Source: an uncultured cyanobacterium (lineage in GTDB: Bacteria > Cyanobacteriota > Cyanobacteriia > Cyanobacteriales > CAWCAG01). Taken from it: a DNA stretch of 64,000 nt. The notes under the pieces were generated by a model. That model worked only from the letters and a program-made list of their open reading frames with translations. It did not search any database and was not told where the DNA came from. Made by a program: the position numbers and the translations under genes. The stretch covers positions 384,001 to 448,000 of the forward strand of contig CAWCAG010000005.1 in NCBI GenBank assembly GCA_963793425.1, given 5' to 3'. The stretch's first letter is position 1. Each line of letters opens with the position of its first letter. Of the stretch, positions 18,758 through 28,922 are shown piece after piece.

Positions 18758-20743
18758 ATGACCGTATTGGAAAAAGGGAATATTAGTATTCATACAGAGA
18801 ATATTTTTCCCATCATTAAGAAATCTCTGTACACAGACCATGAAATTTTCTTACGAGAGTTAGTGTCTAATAGCGTAGATGCCATCAAAAAGTTGAAGAT
18901 GGTTTCTTTTGCTGGGGAAGTAGATGGAGAATTGCCTGAGCCGGAAATTACCATTACCCTTGATCCGGAAAAGAAAACTCTGGCTATTGCTGATAATGGT
19001 ATTGGGATGACGGCGGAGGAGGTTAAGAAGTATATCAACCAGGTGGCTTTCTCCAGTGCTGAAGATTTTGTGCAACAATATCAAAAAGATGCGGATCAGC
19101 AACTTATTGGTCATTTTGGTTTAGGTTTCTATTCTTCCTTTATGGTGGCTAAACAGGTAGAAATAGATACCCTTTCCCATCGTCCTGGTTCGGAAGCGAT
19201 TCATTGGTCTTGTGATGGTTCCCCTGCTTTTGAAATCTCAGAATCTTCTCGAACTGAACCAGGTACAACAGTTACTCTTACTCTCCACGACGAAGAAGGT
19301 GAGTACGCAGAAGAAGCCCGCATTCGGAATTTAGTTAAGACTTATTGTGACTTTATGCCAGTACCCATTAAGTTGGGGGATGAAGTTATTAATAAACAAA
19401 AGTCTATTTGGCAAGAATCTCCCCAAAACCTTACCAAGGAAGATTATCTAGAATTTTATCGCTATCTTTATCCTTTCCAAGAAGATCCTCTTCTTTGGGT
19501 ACATCTTAAGACTGATTATCCTTTTAACTTAACTGGTATTCTTTACTTCCCTAAGTTAAAAGCCGATGTTGATGTTAATAAGGGGCAGATCAAGCTATTT
19601 TGTAATCAGGTTTTTGTCAGTGATAATTGTGAAGCAATTATTCCAGAGTTTTTACTACCTTTACGGGGGGTAATTGATAGCCCTGATATTCCCCTTAATG
19701 TTTCTCGCAGTGCCTTAACCAACGATCGCACAGTTAGACGCATTACTAATTTCATCTCCAAGAAAATCGGCGATCGCCTCAAATCTCTTTACGATGAAGA
19801 TTACAAAGAGTATCTGCGTTGCTGGCAGGATGTCGGTACTTTTGTGAAGTTTGGGGCTATGCGGGATGAGAAATTTAAAAAGCAAGTGGAAGATATTATC
19901 ATTTTCCCCACCACTTACCAACCAGATACTGTTACGGAAGAGAAGCCCAAGGTAGAGGTAGAAGTACAATCTCAAGAAGGAGATGCTTGGGAAGATGTTT
20001 CTAAGGAGGGGGATGGGGATTCACCTCAAGATCCTTATACAACTTTGCAAGATTATGTAGAAAGGAACAAAGAAAGTCACGAAAATCGCCTTTACTACTG
20101 TAGTGATCCTGTGTCTCAAGCAACCTATGTAGATTTGTATAAAAATCAGGGTTTAGAAGTCCTATTTATGGACTCTTTTATCGACAATAATTACTTCATT
20201 CCTTTTCTGGAAAAAGAATATCCTGAGCTAAAATTCTCTCGCGTTGATTCAGAATTAGAAGATGTTTTAGTTGATAAGGATCAAGCTAATGAAATTGTTG
20301 ATCCTAATACTCAAAAAACCCGCAGCGAGACGATTAAGGAGTTATTTGAAAAGGCATTAAATAATTCTCAAGTAACCATTCGTACCGAATCTCTTAAATC
20401 AGAAGATCCCCAAGGCACTCCTCCGGCGATGGTGATTTTACCCGAAGCTATGCGGCGTTTACAGGAGATGACAGCTTTGATGCAGCAACAGGAAATCGCT
20501 TTCCCCATGCAACATACTTTAGTGGTTAATACTGCCCATCCTTTGATTCAAAATCTGGTCAGCATGAATCAAGGGGCAATTATTCAAGAAGGAGGACAAT
20601 CACCTTCAGGAGAGTTAGCAAATATGATGTGTCAGCACATTTACGACTTAGCTTTAATGGCACAAAAAGGCTTCGATGCAAATGGTATGAAGTCTTTTGT
20701 TGAAAGGTCAAATCAGGTATTGACAAAGTTGACGAATAAGTAA
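18758..20743 (+). CDS. htpG: Chaperone HtpG (Hsp90)
   Basis: IFLRELVSNSVDA, DNGIGM and IGHFGLGFYS motifs. Confidence 0.97.
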   Translation: MTVLEKGNISIHTENIFPIIKKSLYTDHEIFLRELVSNSVDAIKKLKMVSFAGEVDGELPEPEITITLDPEKKTLAIADNGIGMTAEEVKKYINQVAFSSAEDFVQQYQKDADQQLIGHFGLGFYSSFMVAKQVEIDTLSHRPGSEAIHWSCDGSPAFEISESSRTEPGTTVTLTLHDEEGEYAEEARIRNLVKTYCDFMPVPIKLGDEVINKQKSIWQESPQNLTKEDYLEFYRYLYPFQEDPLLWVHLKTDYPFNLTGILYFPKLKADVDVNKGQIKLFCNQVFVSDNCEAIIPEFLLPLRGVIDSPDIPLNVSRSALTNDRTVRRITNFISKKIGDRLKSLYDEDYKEYLRCWQDVGTFVKFGAMRDEKFKKQVEDIIIFPTTYQPDTVTEEKPKVEVEVQSQEGDAWEDVSKEGDGDSPQDPYTTLQDYVERNKESHENRLYYCSDPVSQATYVDLYKNQGLEVLFMDSFIDNNYFIPFLEKEYPELKFSRVDSELEDVLVDKDQANEIVDPNTQKTRSETIKELFEKALNNSQVTIRTESLKSEDPQGTPPAMVILPEAMRRLQEMTALMQQQEIAFPMQHTLVVNTAHPLIQNLVSMNQGAIIQEGGQSPSGELANMMCQHIYDLALMAQKGFDANGMKSFVERSNQVLTKLTNK

Positions 20744-20753
20744 CAGAAATTAT

Positions 20754-20777
20754 GTAGGGGCGAATGGCCATTCGCCC
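20754..20777. repeat. REP-like palindrome
   Basis: GTAG followed by perfect palindrome gggcgaatggccattcgccc. Confidence 0.7.
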
Positions 20778-20953
20778 TTTATTTCGTTCTTTATTTCGTT
20801 CCCTCAATCACTGTGCGATCGCTACTTAAACATAAATATTTTCCCATCATCATCGCCTTATTAGGGGGCATCATGATGGGGTTAACTCCTGCCCCCATAG
20901 AAGCCTATGGCTTAGCTTGGGTAGCCTTAATTCCCCTCTGGTTAGTAATAACA

Positions 20954-20992
20954 ACTCCCCAACCCCCCAGCTCCCTAGCTCCCCACTCCCCA
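20954..20992 (+). repeat. Octamer repeat array within lnt (frameshift site)
   Basis: actcccca acccccca gctcccta gctcccca ctcccca. Confidence 0.8.
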
Positions 20993-21422
20993 TAGCAATA
21001 GCCTGGGGCTTCGGCTACCACGGCTTAGCTTTATTTTGGATCACGGGAGTACATCCCATGACTTGGCTGGGTGTACCTTGGTTAGCTAGTTTAGGAATCG
21101 CCATTTTTTGTTGGTTATTTATCACCATGTGGGGGGCTGTTCATGTGGCAACTTGGGCGGTAAGTCTAAGTTTTTTAACTCGCTTTCTCAATAAAGCAAA
21201 TCCCTTACTCTTTAGTATTATCAGGGTAATTCTTGCTGCTGCTTTATGGTGTAGCTTAGAAACTTTGTGGAGTTGGACACCTTTATGGTGGACTTCCCTA
21301 TCCTATACCCAAAGTCCTCACAACTTAGCTATTCTGCAACTAAGTCAATTATCTGGTCCGGCAACAATAACGGCTGCTATCGTAATAGTCAATGGTTTAA
21401 TCGCCGAAAGTTTACTTAATAT

Positions 21423-21470
21423 TCTCCCCATCTCTCCATCTCCCCATCTCCCCATCTCCCCATCTCCCCA
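21423..21470 (+). repeat. In-frame octamer array within lnt (6 x TCTCCCCA)
   Basis: 48 bp encoding LPISPSPHLPISPSPH. Confidence 0.9.
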
Positions 21471-22452
21471 CAAGAAACTGATTGCCACAGCTATAGTCTT
21501 ATTAACAACCCTGCATCTAATCGGTTGGCAAATGTACCAACGCCCTATTGCCCAGCCAGAAAATGCCGCTATTGAAGTGGGGATTATTCAGGGCAATATA
21601 CCTAATGAAATTAAACTCAATCCCGAAGGTTTACGCAAAGCATTTCAAGGTTATACCAAAGGTTACAAAAACCTTGCTAAACAAGGGGTAGATGTGGTTT
21701 TAACACCGGAAGGGGCTATGCCTTTTAACTGGAATCTCCCTCCCCAAAGAATGCGCCCCCTACAAAAGGAGTTTTACCAAGCCATCCTTTCAGAAGGTAT
21801 TCCCGTTTGGTTAGGGGGATTCCGCTACCAAGGTAAGAGTTACACCAACACCCTATTTACCTTCACAGGAGATGGTGAAATTTATAGCTATTACGATAAA
21901 GTTAACCTTGTACCTTTGGGTGAATATGTTCCTTTTGAGTCCATAATTGGTGGGCTGATACAAAGACTTTCTCCTTTAGATGAACATCAAATTCATGGGC
22001 AACCAAAGCAAATATTTAATACCCCTTTTGGGCAGGCTATTGTGGGAATTTGCTACGATTCTACCTTTGCTAGACATTTTAGGTGGCAAACTGCCCAAGG
22101 GGGAGAATTTGCCCTCACCGCTTCTAACAACGCCCACTATAGCCCAACTATGCCTGCCCAACACCATGCTCAAGATGTGATGCGGGCGATTGAAAGCGAT
22201 CGCTGGATGGCAAGGGCAACAAATACAGGTTATTCCGGTATTGTCGATCCTAGAGGTAATACCCTGTGGTTATCAGGAATTAACACCTATGAGTTACACA
22301 AAGGAAACATTTACAAAAGGCAAACCAAAACCCCATATGTACGATGGGGTGATTGGTTAACCCTTGTTTTGTTATTAATTAGTAGCGTTTTATTGGTGAC
22401 TAAATTAACTAACAACCAAAACTTATGATATCTTTCGGACTTAAGATTTTCG

Positions 22453-22909
<457 letters not shown>

Positions 22910-22957
22910 CTAGGGAGTTGGAGGCAATTGGCAAAGCGTCAACAAGGCTGAAGTGAT

Positions 22958-23433
22958 ATGAGTTTTGAATAGCTTTACGAGATTGGTGGCGAAAACAAAA
23001 ATGGCTTAACCGCATGCTGCATAAACATACTATTGAAGAATTGTTGGAGGAAGTAGAAACTCAAGATTGCAAAGTGGCTGAGGAGGTTTTGAGTTCCCTA
23101 ACTAATTTAACTTCCCTTGACTTGATGTTCAACCAAATAGAGGATGTGACTCCCTTAGCTTCCCTGAATAATTTGACTGAGCTTAGGTTGGGCTGGAATA
23201 GAATAGAGGATGTGACTCCCTTAGCTTCATTAACTAGTTTGGATTACCTTAACTTATGGGCAAATGAAATAGAGAATGTTGCTTCATTAGACACCCTGAG
23301 TAATTTGACTCGCCTTGGATTAGGAGGAAATGAAATAAAAAATGTAACTCCACTGTCTCGTTTAACAAATTTAACTTACCTTGGGCTACATGGAAACGAA
23401 ATAGAGAATATTCATCTTACTAGAAAACTATAA
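22958..23433 (+). pseudogene. Truncated internalin-like leucine-rich-repeat protein
   Basis: 22-aa LRRs (NQIEDVTPLASLNNLTELRLGWN); early stop after ATG 22958 and abrupt C-terminus. Confidence 0.75.
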
Positions 23434-23566
23434 AGTTCTAGAGCTAAACCTCCTACTCCCCAAGCTAGACAGGTTGCTGCTAAGACAGGCTTCTTTTCTC
23501 TTCCTTGACAAATCTTAAGAATAACTTGGGTTACCAAACAGACCCAATAACTAACTATTTGTTCTG

Positions 23567-23923
23567 TTAAACCCCCAACGACTTCAAAACCAGATTTACG
23601 GGTGGAATCAATGTTCTAACTAGGATGACTTTTACCGCTTCTGGTAGGCTTTTAGTTACTCCTACTAGAAAATCATCCATTTTTGGAGCTAAGTTTACCG
23701 CCGCCCAACCTAAACAAATTGCCGCTATGATAAACCTTTTTTCTCTCCACTGAGGATTCCTAAAGACGATTATTACAATAATTAAACACAATAGAGAAGT
23801 TACTATTCCTACAGACAAGTTACCAATGAATTTAAAATCTAGTACTCTGTTGACAGATTGTCGCAACTCTAGTACCGCCATACATATTCTCATTATTGGA
23901 ATAAGTAATAACTTCTGCTCCAA
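23567..23923 (-). CDS. Hypothetical membrane protein, possibly part of a decayed locus
   Basis: 118-aa ORF with two hydrophobic segments; broken ORFs upstream at 23960-24710. Confidence 0.35.
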   Translation of the reverse strand: MEQKLLLIPIMRICMAVLELRQSVNRVLDFKFIGNLSVGIVTSLLCLIIVIIVFRNPQWREKRFIIAAICLGWAAVNLAPKMDDFLVGVTKSLPEAVKVILVRTLIPPVNLVLKSLGV

Positions 23924-24945
23924 AAGAAAAGAATCTCAAATTAATTTAAAACTGACTTACTAATGGGAATGATGTGGAAGAAAGAAACACTTCGTCTGCA
24001 CTTCGTTGACATGGTGAAGACTTAACTTGGCAAAAGCGAACGAAATAAAAGACATATTGCTCCTTTCACAGGATGCCGTGTAGTTATGAGAACACACGCA
24101 GCAGTAGCTAGTCCTACACCCCAGGCAACTAAATTCCCCCACTTCTGCGCTCTCTTCTTTAAGCACTCTAGAAACGCTTCAACTTGCTCTTTTGTAGCTA
24201 TGAAATAAAAGATTTCTCCCTTAGCTTTCATTCTTTAACCAATCAAGTACCTTTGGCTATCACTCAGGAGTTCGACATTTTTGTTTCGCCAAAGACTTTT
24301 TTCCTCTATGTTTTCTGTCAAATCTTGTTTGTTATCTTGCTCACAATTAGTACATTTTACATGTGCTGAATCCCCGATTGTTTCAGATTTAATAGGAAGA
24401 TTCGCATTCTTTATTCTTCTTGTGTCTTACTCTTAACGATCTCGCCTTGTGGGAAATGAGATAGAAGGCTTGTAATCCTCACCCATTTTCCTTTACAAAG
24501 TTTCTAGTGTCCTTGGTAAACCACTCTTTCCTCCCGATGACATAATTTGGGGACTTTCTTCCCATCTGATGTAGGAGAAGGTTTTTTTGCTTTATCCTGG
24601 AAAAATCAAAGTAGATGCTGTTTTTTTTTCTTTAGGAGCATGCATGATTTTTAAGACTGTAAAAAGCTCTGTTGGAGAGAAGCAATAGAAGCTAGTTGAG
24701 AAACTTAAGTCTTGCGCTTTTCTTTTACGAAAAAATCTTAAAGAAATTTGTAACTTCGATAGCATGATATGTCTGAAATGCTAATCAAACCGGGAGAAAT
24801 ATCCTCCGTAATTCCACCAGAAAATCATGAATTCCTCCCACTCAGCTTCTTGTTACCTCATCCAAACAAATAACTGCAAGGAAAAGCTTTTTTCTCTCCG
24901 TTAAGAGTTTGTTATTATTGCGTAGGCAAAGCCCACCGTGGTATC

Positions 24946-25093
24946 ACTATGCCTGCCCAACATCATGCCCAAGATATCTTCGGGCAATTGAAAGCGATCG
25001 CCATATAGCGATCGCAATAAATACAGGTTATTCCGCGATTGTTGCTCCTAGAGGTAATACCCTGTAGTATCTTATTGGTTATTACTAAATTAA
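24946..25093 (+). repeat. Degenerate duplicate of the lnt 3' end
   Basis: Aligns to 22147-22274 and then to 22390-22408. Confidence 0.85.
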
Positions 25094-25558
25094 TTTAATG
25101 GCACGGAAGGTGAGATAAGATCCCATTGCTACGGCGGTTAGGGCGATCATAATACCGAAGAAAGTAACTATTGCCATTGATTTTTATCCTTTAGATTCTA
25201 TAAAGATTAAAAATATTTTACTATGAAAAGCATTTTGGCACTTCTAGGATCTTTAAATTGCCTCATTTTCGATTCTGGCAGTTGTCTATGAGCCAACCAA
25301 AGAGCGAGCTTATAAAAAAGGGAGCGATCGCGCGATGGCAAGGGTGGCAAATAATTATTGCCATTGATTTTTATCCTTTAAATTCTGCAAAGTTTGAGAA
25401 GTATTTTGCTCTGTCTAAATGATGATGGCTTCTTTGCAATAATTTAGCAATTAGCAACTACCAAATTCACAATCATTCGCAATAAAAGCTCATAGTTGCA
25501 AATATATCTACTTCAAGACTATTATTGTCAATAAGTAGAGTTTTGATGAGAAAACATT

Positions 25559-26083
25559 ATGCCTCCATATACAGCTTCCTCTCTCAAAGCAGAATTAAAT
25601 TCTCGCGGTTGGCGGATGACACCGCAACGGGAAAAAATACTGCACTTATTCCAAAATCTCCCTAGAGGCAATCACTTAAGCGCTGAAGAAGTTTTCGATC
25701 TTCTCGACCAAAAAGGTGAACCAATCAGCCTCTCAACTATTTATCGCAGCGTTAAATTAATGGCTCGTATGGGTATTTTACGAGAATTAGAATTAGCCGA
25801 AGGACATAAACATTATGAATTAAATCAACCCTATCCTCACCATCACCATCATATGGTTTGCATCCAATGCAACAAAACTACAGAATTCAAGAACGATTCT
25901 ATCCTGAAGCAAAGTCTTAAACAGTCACAAAGAGATGGCTTACAGCTAATTGATTGTCAATTAACAGTAATGACTATTTGTCCAGAAGCTTTGCGTATGG
26001 GCTGGCCTTCTGGATTGCCTAGTAGCTGGTCTTGTTCCCGTGCTATTTCTGAAAGCGCCCCTCCAGATTCTGAAGCTGAATAA
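25559..26083 (+). CDS. furA: Ferric uptake regulator FurA
   Basis: YTASSLKAELNSRGWRMTPQRE, HLSAEE, GHKHYEL and HHHHMVCIQC. Confidence 0.9.
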   Translation: MPPYTASSLKAELNSRGWRMTPQREKILHLFQNLPRGNHLSAEEVFDLLDQKGEPISLSTIYRSVKLMARMGILRELELAEGHKHYELNQPYPHHHHHMVCIQCNKTTEFKNDSILKQSLKQSQRDGLQLIDCQLTVMTICPEALRMGWPSGLPSSWSCSRAISESAPPDSEAE

Positions 26084-26098
26084 GGGCAACTGTAAAAG

Positions 26099-26548
26099 CT
26101 ACTGAGGCTTGGCAGATATGGCTAACTGGTAACCCAAGGCTTTTTTTTGCATGGTGCGGAAGATGTTGTAAAAACCATTGGCACGAGAAGGAGTCAGACT
26201 TACCTTTAAGCCTGTTTCTTCAATGAAATCTGGAGTAACTTTGACAATTTCTTCAGGGGGTAAGCCGTTTAGTCCTTGGATTAATAAAGCAACTAAACCT
26301 TTGACTAACTGAGCATCAGAATCTCCTTGATACAAGACTCTACCATCTTCTAAGTTGGCGGTAATATAAACTTGGGAGACGCAGCCTGAGACTTTATTTT
26401 CAGGAGTTTTATCCTCTTGAGGCATCTCTTCGAGCTTTTTAGCATACCAGAGAAGTTGTTCGTAACGTTGTTTAGGGTTAGCCCGTTTTTTGAAACGTTG
26501 TACAATACGGTCTAAGTTTGCGGGTAAAGATGTTTGAGGCGATGACAT
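26099..26548 (-). CDS. sufE: Fe-S assembly sulfur acceptor SufE
   Basis: KVSGCVSQVY, GDSDAQLVKGL and SLTPSRANGF. Confidence 0.93.
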   Translation of the reverse strand: MSSPQTSLPANLDRIVQRFKKRANPKQRYEQLLWYAKKLEEMPQEDKTPENKVSGCVSQVYITANLEDGRVLYQGDSDAQLVKGLVALLIQGLNGLPPEEIVKVTPDFIEETGLKVSLTPSRANGFYNIFRTMQKKALGYQLAISAKPQ

Positions 26549-26746
26549 AGTTTTACAAATTTACATTAAGAATAATCAATTTAGATCCTAACAAGAGTTG
26601 TTCAAGCTTGACAGTTAATTTGGGAAGGCAAAAGGTCTATCTCGCTTGGTTTGAGGAAAAAATAACAGTTAATAGCAACTCTTATCAATAACTTATCAAA
26701 ATATAGAACAGCAAAGTATGTAACTAACTGATGGATGTTCAATAAT

Positions 26747-27814
26747 TCAATCATCCATCTGCCAGGGTTCTGTAATAATGTTCTCATCAATAATCCTTTT
26801 CGGTCGCAAAACCAAGACTACTTGCCCCAAAATGTTTGAATCAGGAGCAGTTTCCGACCATTGCAATTTAACCTGCCCTTCTTTTTCTAAAGCAAAATAA
26901 CTATTAATATCCCATTGGGTATTTTCCCGATCTACCACCACTAAAACTTGTTCGGGTTTGTTGGGTAGCGATTGTGGTAAATCATCGCTATTACAGAAAA
27001 ACCCTATAGGATCAGCAGCTTTCAAAACTACCTGCCAACCAGGAATAGGAACCAAAGTACTTTTACCAGCAGGTTGTACTACTCGGAAAGGTTCAGTTTG
27101 TTTTAGTTGGGGGACAGCTTGTAAATCTTCTACAGTTATGGGCATCACTCCTACTACAGGAATAATGCGAGGTAACTCTTCTTCCGACTCTAAACGATAA
27201 ATGGGCAATACAGGAGCAGAACGAGTAGGAACAACGGTAAAATCGCTTAATAACCTTTCAATTTGCTCCCTTGCACCTTGGGTATGGGCAAACTTCAAAC
27301 CTTGAGCAATTAAGCGAGAACGATCTTGAAGATCCCTTTTTTGTCTGGCTCGTTTCCAACATTGATAGGCGACTGCATCTCCGGGATGACGAGAAAAGCC
27401 TTCTGGTAGTTGGAATCGGAGGGAAAATTCTTTAACAGCTTTAGCGGCATATCTCGCTTCATCAAAATCCAACCTCTTATCCCTAGCTAATTCCGCCACG
27501 GCGCTACGTTGTTCTTGGTTAAGGATGCGTAACTCATAAAGGATATCGCTGTGAGGCCCCTTCAGATATGACTTCAACTCTTCTGAAGCTCCCCCTGCCA
27601 CGACGCTATCATAAACTTGAGCAGCTACGATAATCGTATTCTGCTGACTGCCTTGGAAACCTGTCTCTTCAAAAATATTTTGGGAATTATAACCTCCTTG
27701 CTGTAACTTCTGACAGGCTTTTCCCCAATCAACCCAATTACCTTCTTTTTGCAATAGCGATCGCATTAATTGTTGAGCTTCTTGTTCAGAAAGTTGAGAA
27801 TGAGGTTGGTTCAT
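26747..27814 (-). CDS. raf1: Rubisco accumulation factor 1
   Basis: KEGNWVDWG, IFEETGF...QQN, HPGDAVAY, LPIYRLE and C-terminal WQMDD. Confidence 0.92.
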   Translation of the reverse strand: MNQPHSQLSEQEAQQLMRSLLQKEGNWVDWGKACQKLQQGGYNSQNIFEETGFQGSQQNTIIVAAQVYDSVVAGGASEELKSYLKGPHSDILYELRILNQEQRSAVAELARDKRLDFDEARYAAKAVKEFSLRFQLPEGFSRHPGDAVAYQCWKRARQKRDLQDRSRLIAQGLKFAHTQGAREQIERLLSDFTVVPTRSAPVLPIYRLESEEELPRIIPVVGVMPITVEDLQAVPQLKQTEPFRVVQPAGKSTLVPIPGWQVVLKAADPIGFFCNSDDLPQSLPNKPEQVLVVVDRENTQWDINSYFALEKEGQVKLQWSETAPDSNILGQVVLVLRPKRIIDENIITEPWQMDD

Positions 27815-27946
27815 AAAAGTCAAATATCAAAAGTAACAATAACGGCTAAAAGCATCCTTCCTCAAGATTCGAGATACACTAGAAGAAGTGTCAGAGAGCA
27901 AGATATTGGCATAAATCCTCTCTATAATAAATTAAGGTTATCCTAA

Positions 27947-28795
27947 ATGGTCAGTGCAGGAATACAGAAATTAGCGAAAAGACCAATGCCTAAAGAACAG
28001 ATGAGGCAGAAACGAAAAGTGCAAGATGGCGCACTAGGTCTGGTATCGACTCGAAGTTTTCCTGCCATTGTGGGTACGGCTGATATGATGCTTAAATCAG
28101 CAGAAGTTTCCTTAGTGGGTTATGAGAAAATTGGTAGCGGTTATTGTACTGCTATTGTGCGTGGCAAAACTGCTGATGTGCGCTTAGCTGTAGAAGAAGG
28201 GGCGAAAACAGCAGCAAAGTTTGGGCAGTTGATTTCGCAAATCGTCATACCAAGACCGATGCCTAATTTAGAAGTCATTTTTCCGATCCATTCCTATTTA
28301 CTAGAAATTGCCCGACAGCAAGGTCATAGTAAATTGAGTAACCAAGCCCTAGGTTTGCTGGAAACAAGAGGCTTCCCTGCCCTGGTGGGTGCTGCTGACG
28401 CGATGCTAAAGGCCGCAGATGTCCAGCTAGCAGCTTATGAAACCATCGGTGATGGCTTGTGTACAGCGATTATTAGGGGTTCTGTTTCTAATGTGGCGAT
28501 CGCAGTGGATGCAGGAATGTCTGAAGCAGAACGCATCGGCGAACTTAGTTCTGTTATGGTTATCCCCAGACCCTTAGAAGAATTGGAACATACCCTACCT
28601 GTAGCCAGTTGTTGGCTAGAGAAAGAAGATCCTTTACCTTCTTTGTTACATAGGGTTAAAGAAGAAGAGAAAGAGTTAGTTGAACTTCCTGCTTTAGAAG
28701 AGTTATCTATTGCTGAGAAAATTGCTATTCCTAGGGAAGCTGAGGAAGAAACAATTGCTATTCCTAGGGAAAGAGAAATGGATCAAGGGGAATAG
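27947..28795 (+). CDS. ccmO: Tandem-BMC carboxysome shell protein CcmO
   Basis: Two BMC domains (ALGLVSTRSFPAIVGTADMMLKSA and ALGLLETRGFPALVGAADAMLKAA). Confidence 0.9.
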   Translation: MVSAGIQKLAKRPMPKEQMRQKRKVQDGALGLVSTRSFPAIVGTADMMLKSAEVSLVGYEKIGSGYCTAIVRGKTADVRLAVEEGAKTAAKFGQLISQIVIPRPMPNLEVIFPIHSYLLEIARQQGHSKLSNQALGLLETRGFPALVGAADAMLKAADVQLAAYETIGDGLCTAIIRGSVSNVAIAVDAGMSEAERIGELSSVMVIPRPLEELEHTLPVASCWLEKEDPLPSLLHRVKEEEKELVELPALEELSIAEKIAIPREAEEETIAIPREREMDQGE

Positions 28796-28922
28796 AAGTC
28801 CATAAATAAACAGCTAATCGTTGCATCTAGTTGTCAACATCTCTGCTTCCAATTTTCACATTCAAGTTGTTCAGTAGCAACTCTATAAGCTACCCGATCT
28901 GCAAGTTTGGTATTACTTGGTA

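Larger units (their letters stand above)
20813..22428 (+). pseudogene. lnt: Apolipoprotein N-acyltransferase Lnt, split by a frameshift near 20954-20992
   Basis: N-terminus LAWVALIPLW in one frame; QGNI, PEGA, KVNLVPLGEYVP, ICYDS and RATNTGYS in another. Confidence 0.85.

Noticed and set aside
23960..24710. Assignable gene in the broken minus-strand ORFs
   Set aside because: Coding-like fragments with stops and a shift at an A run, but no family recognised
26552..26567. TTTACA direct repeat upstream of sufE as an HLR1 site
   Set aside because: Period is 8 bp, not the 10 bp required
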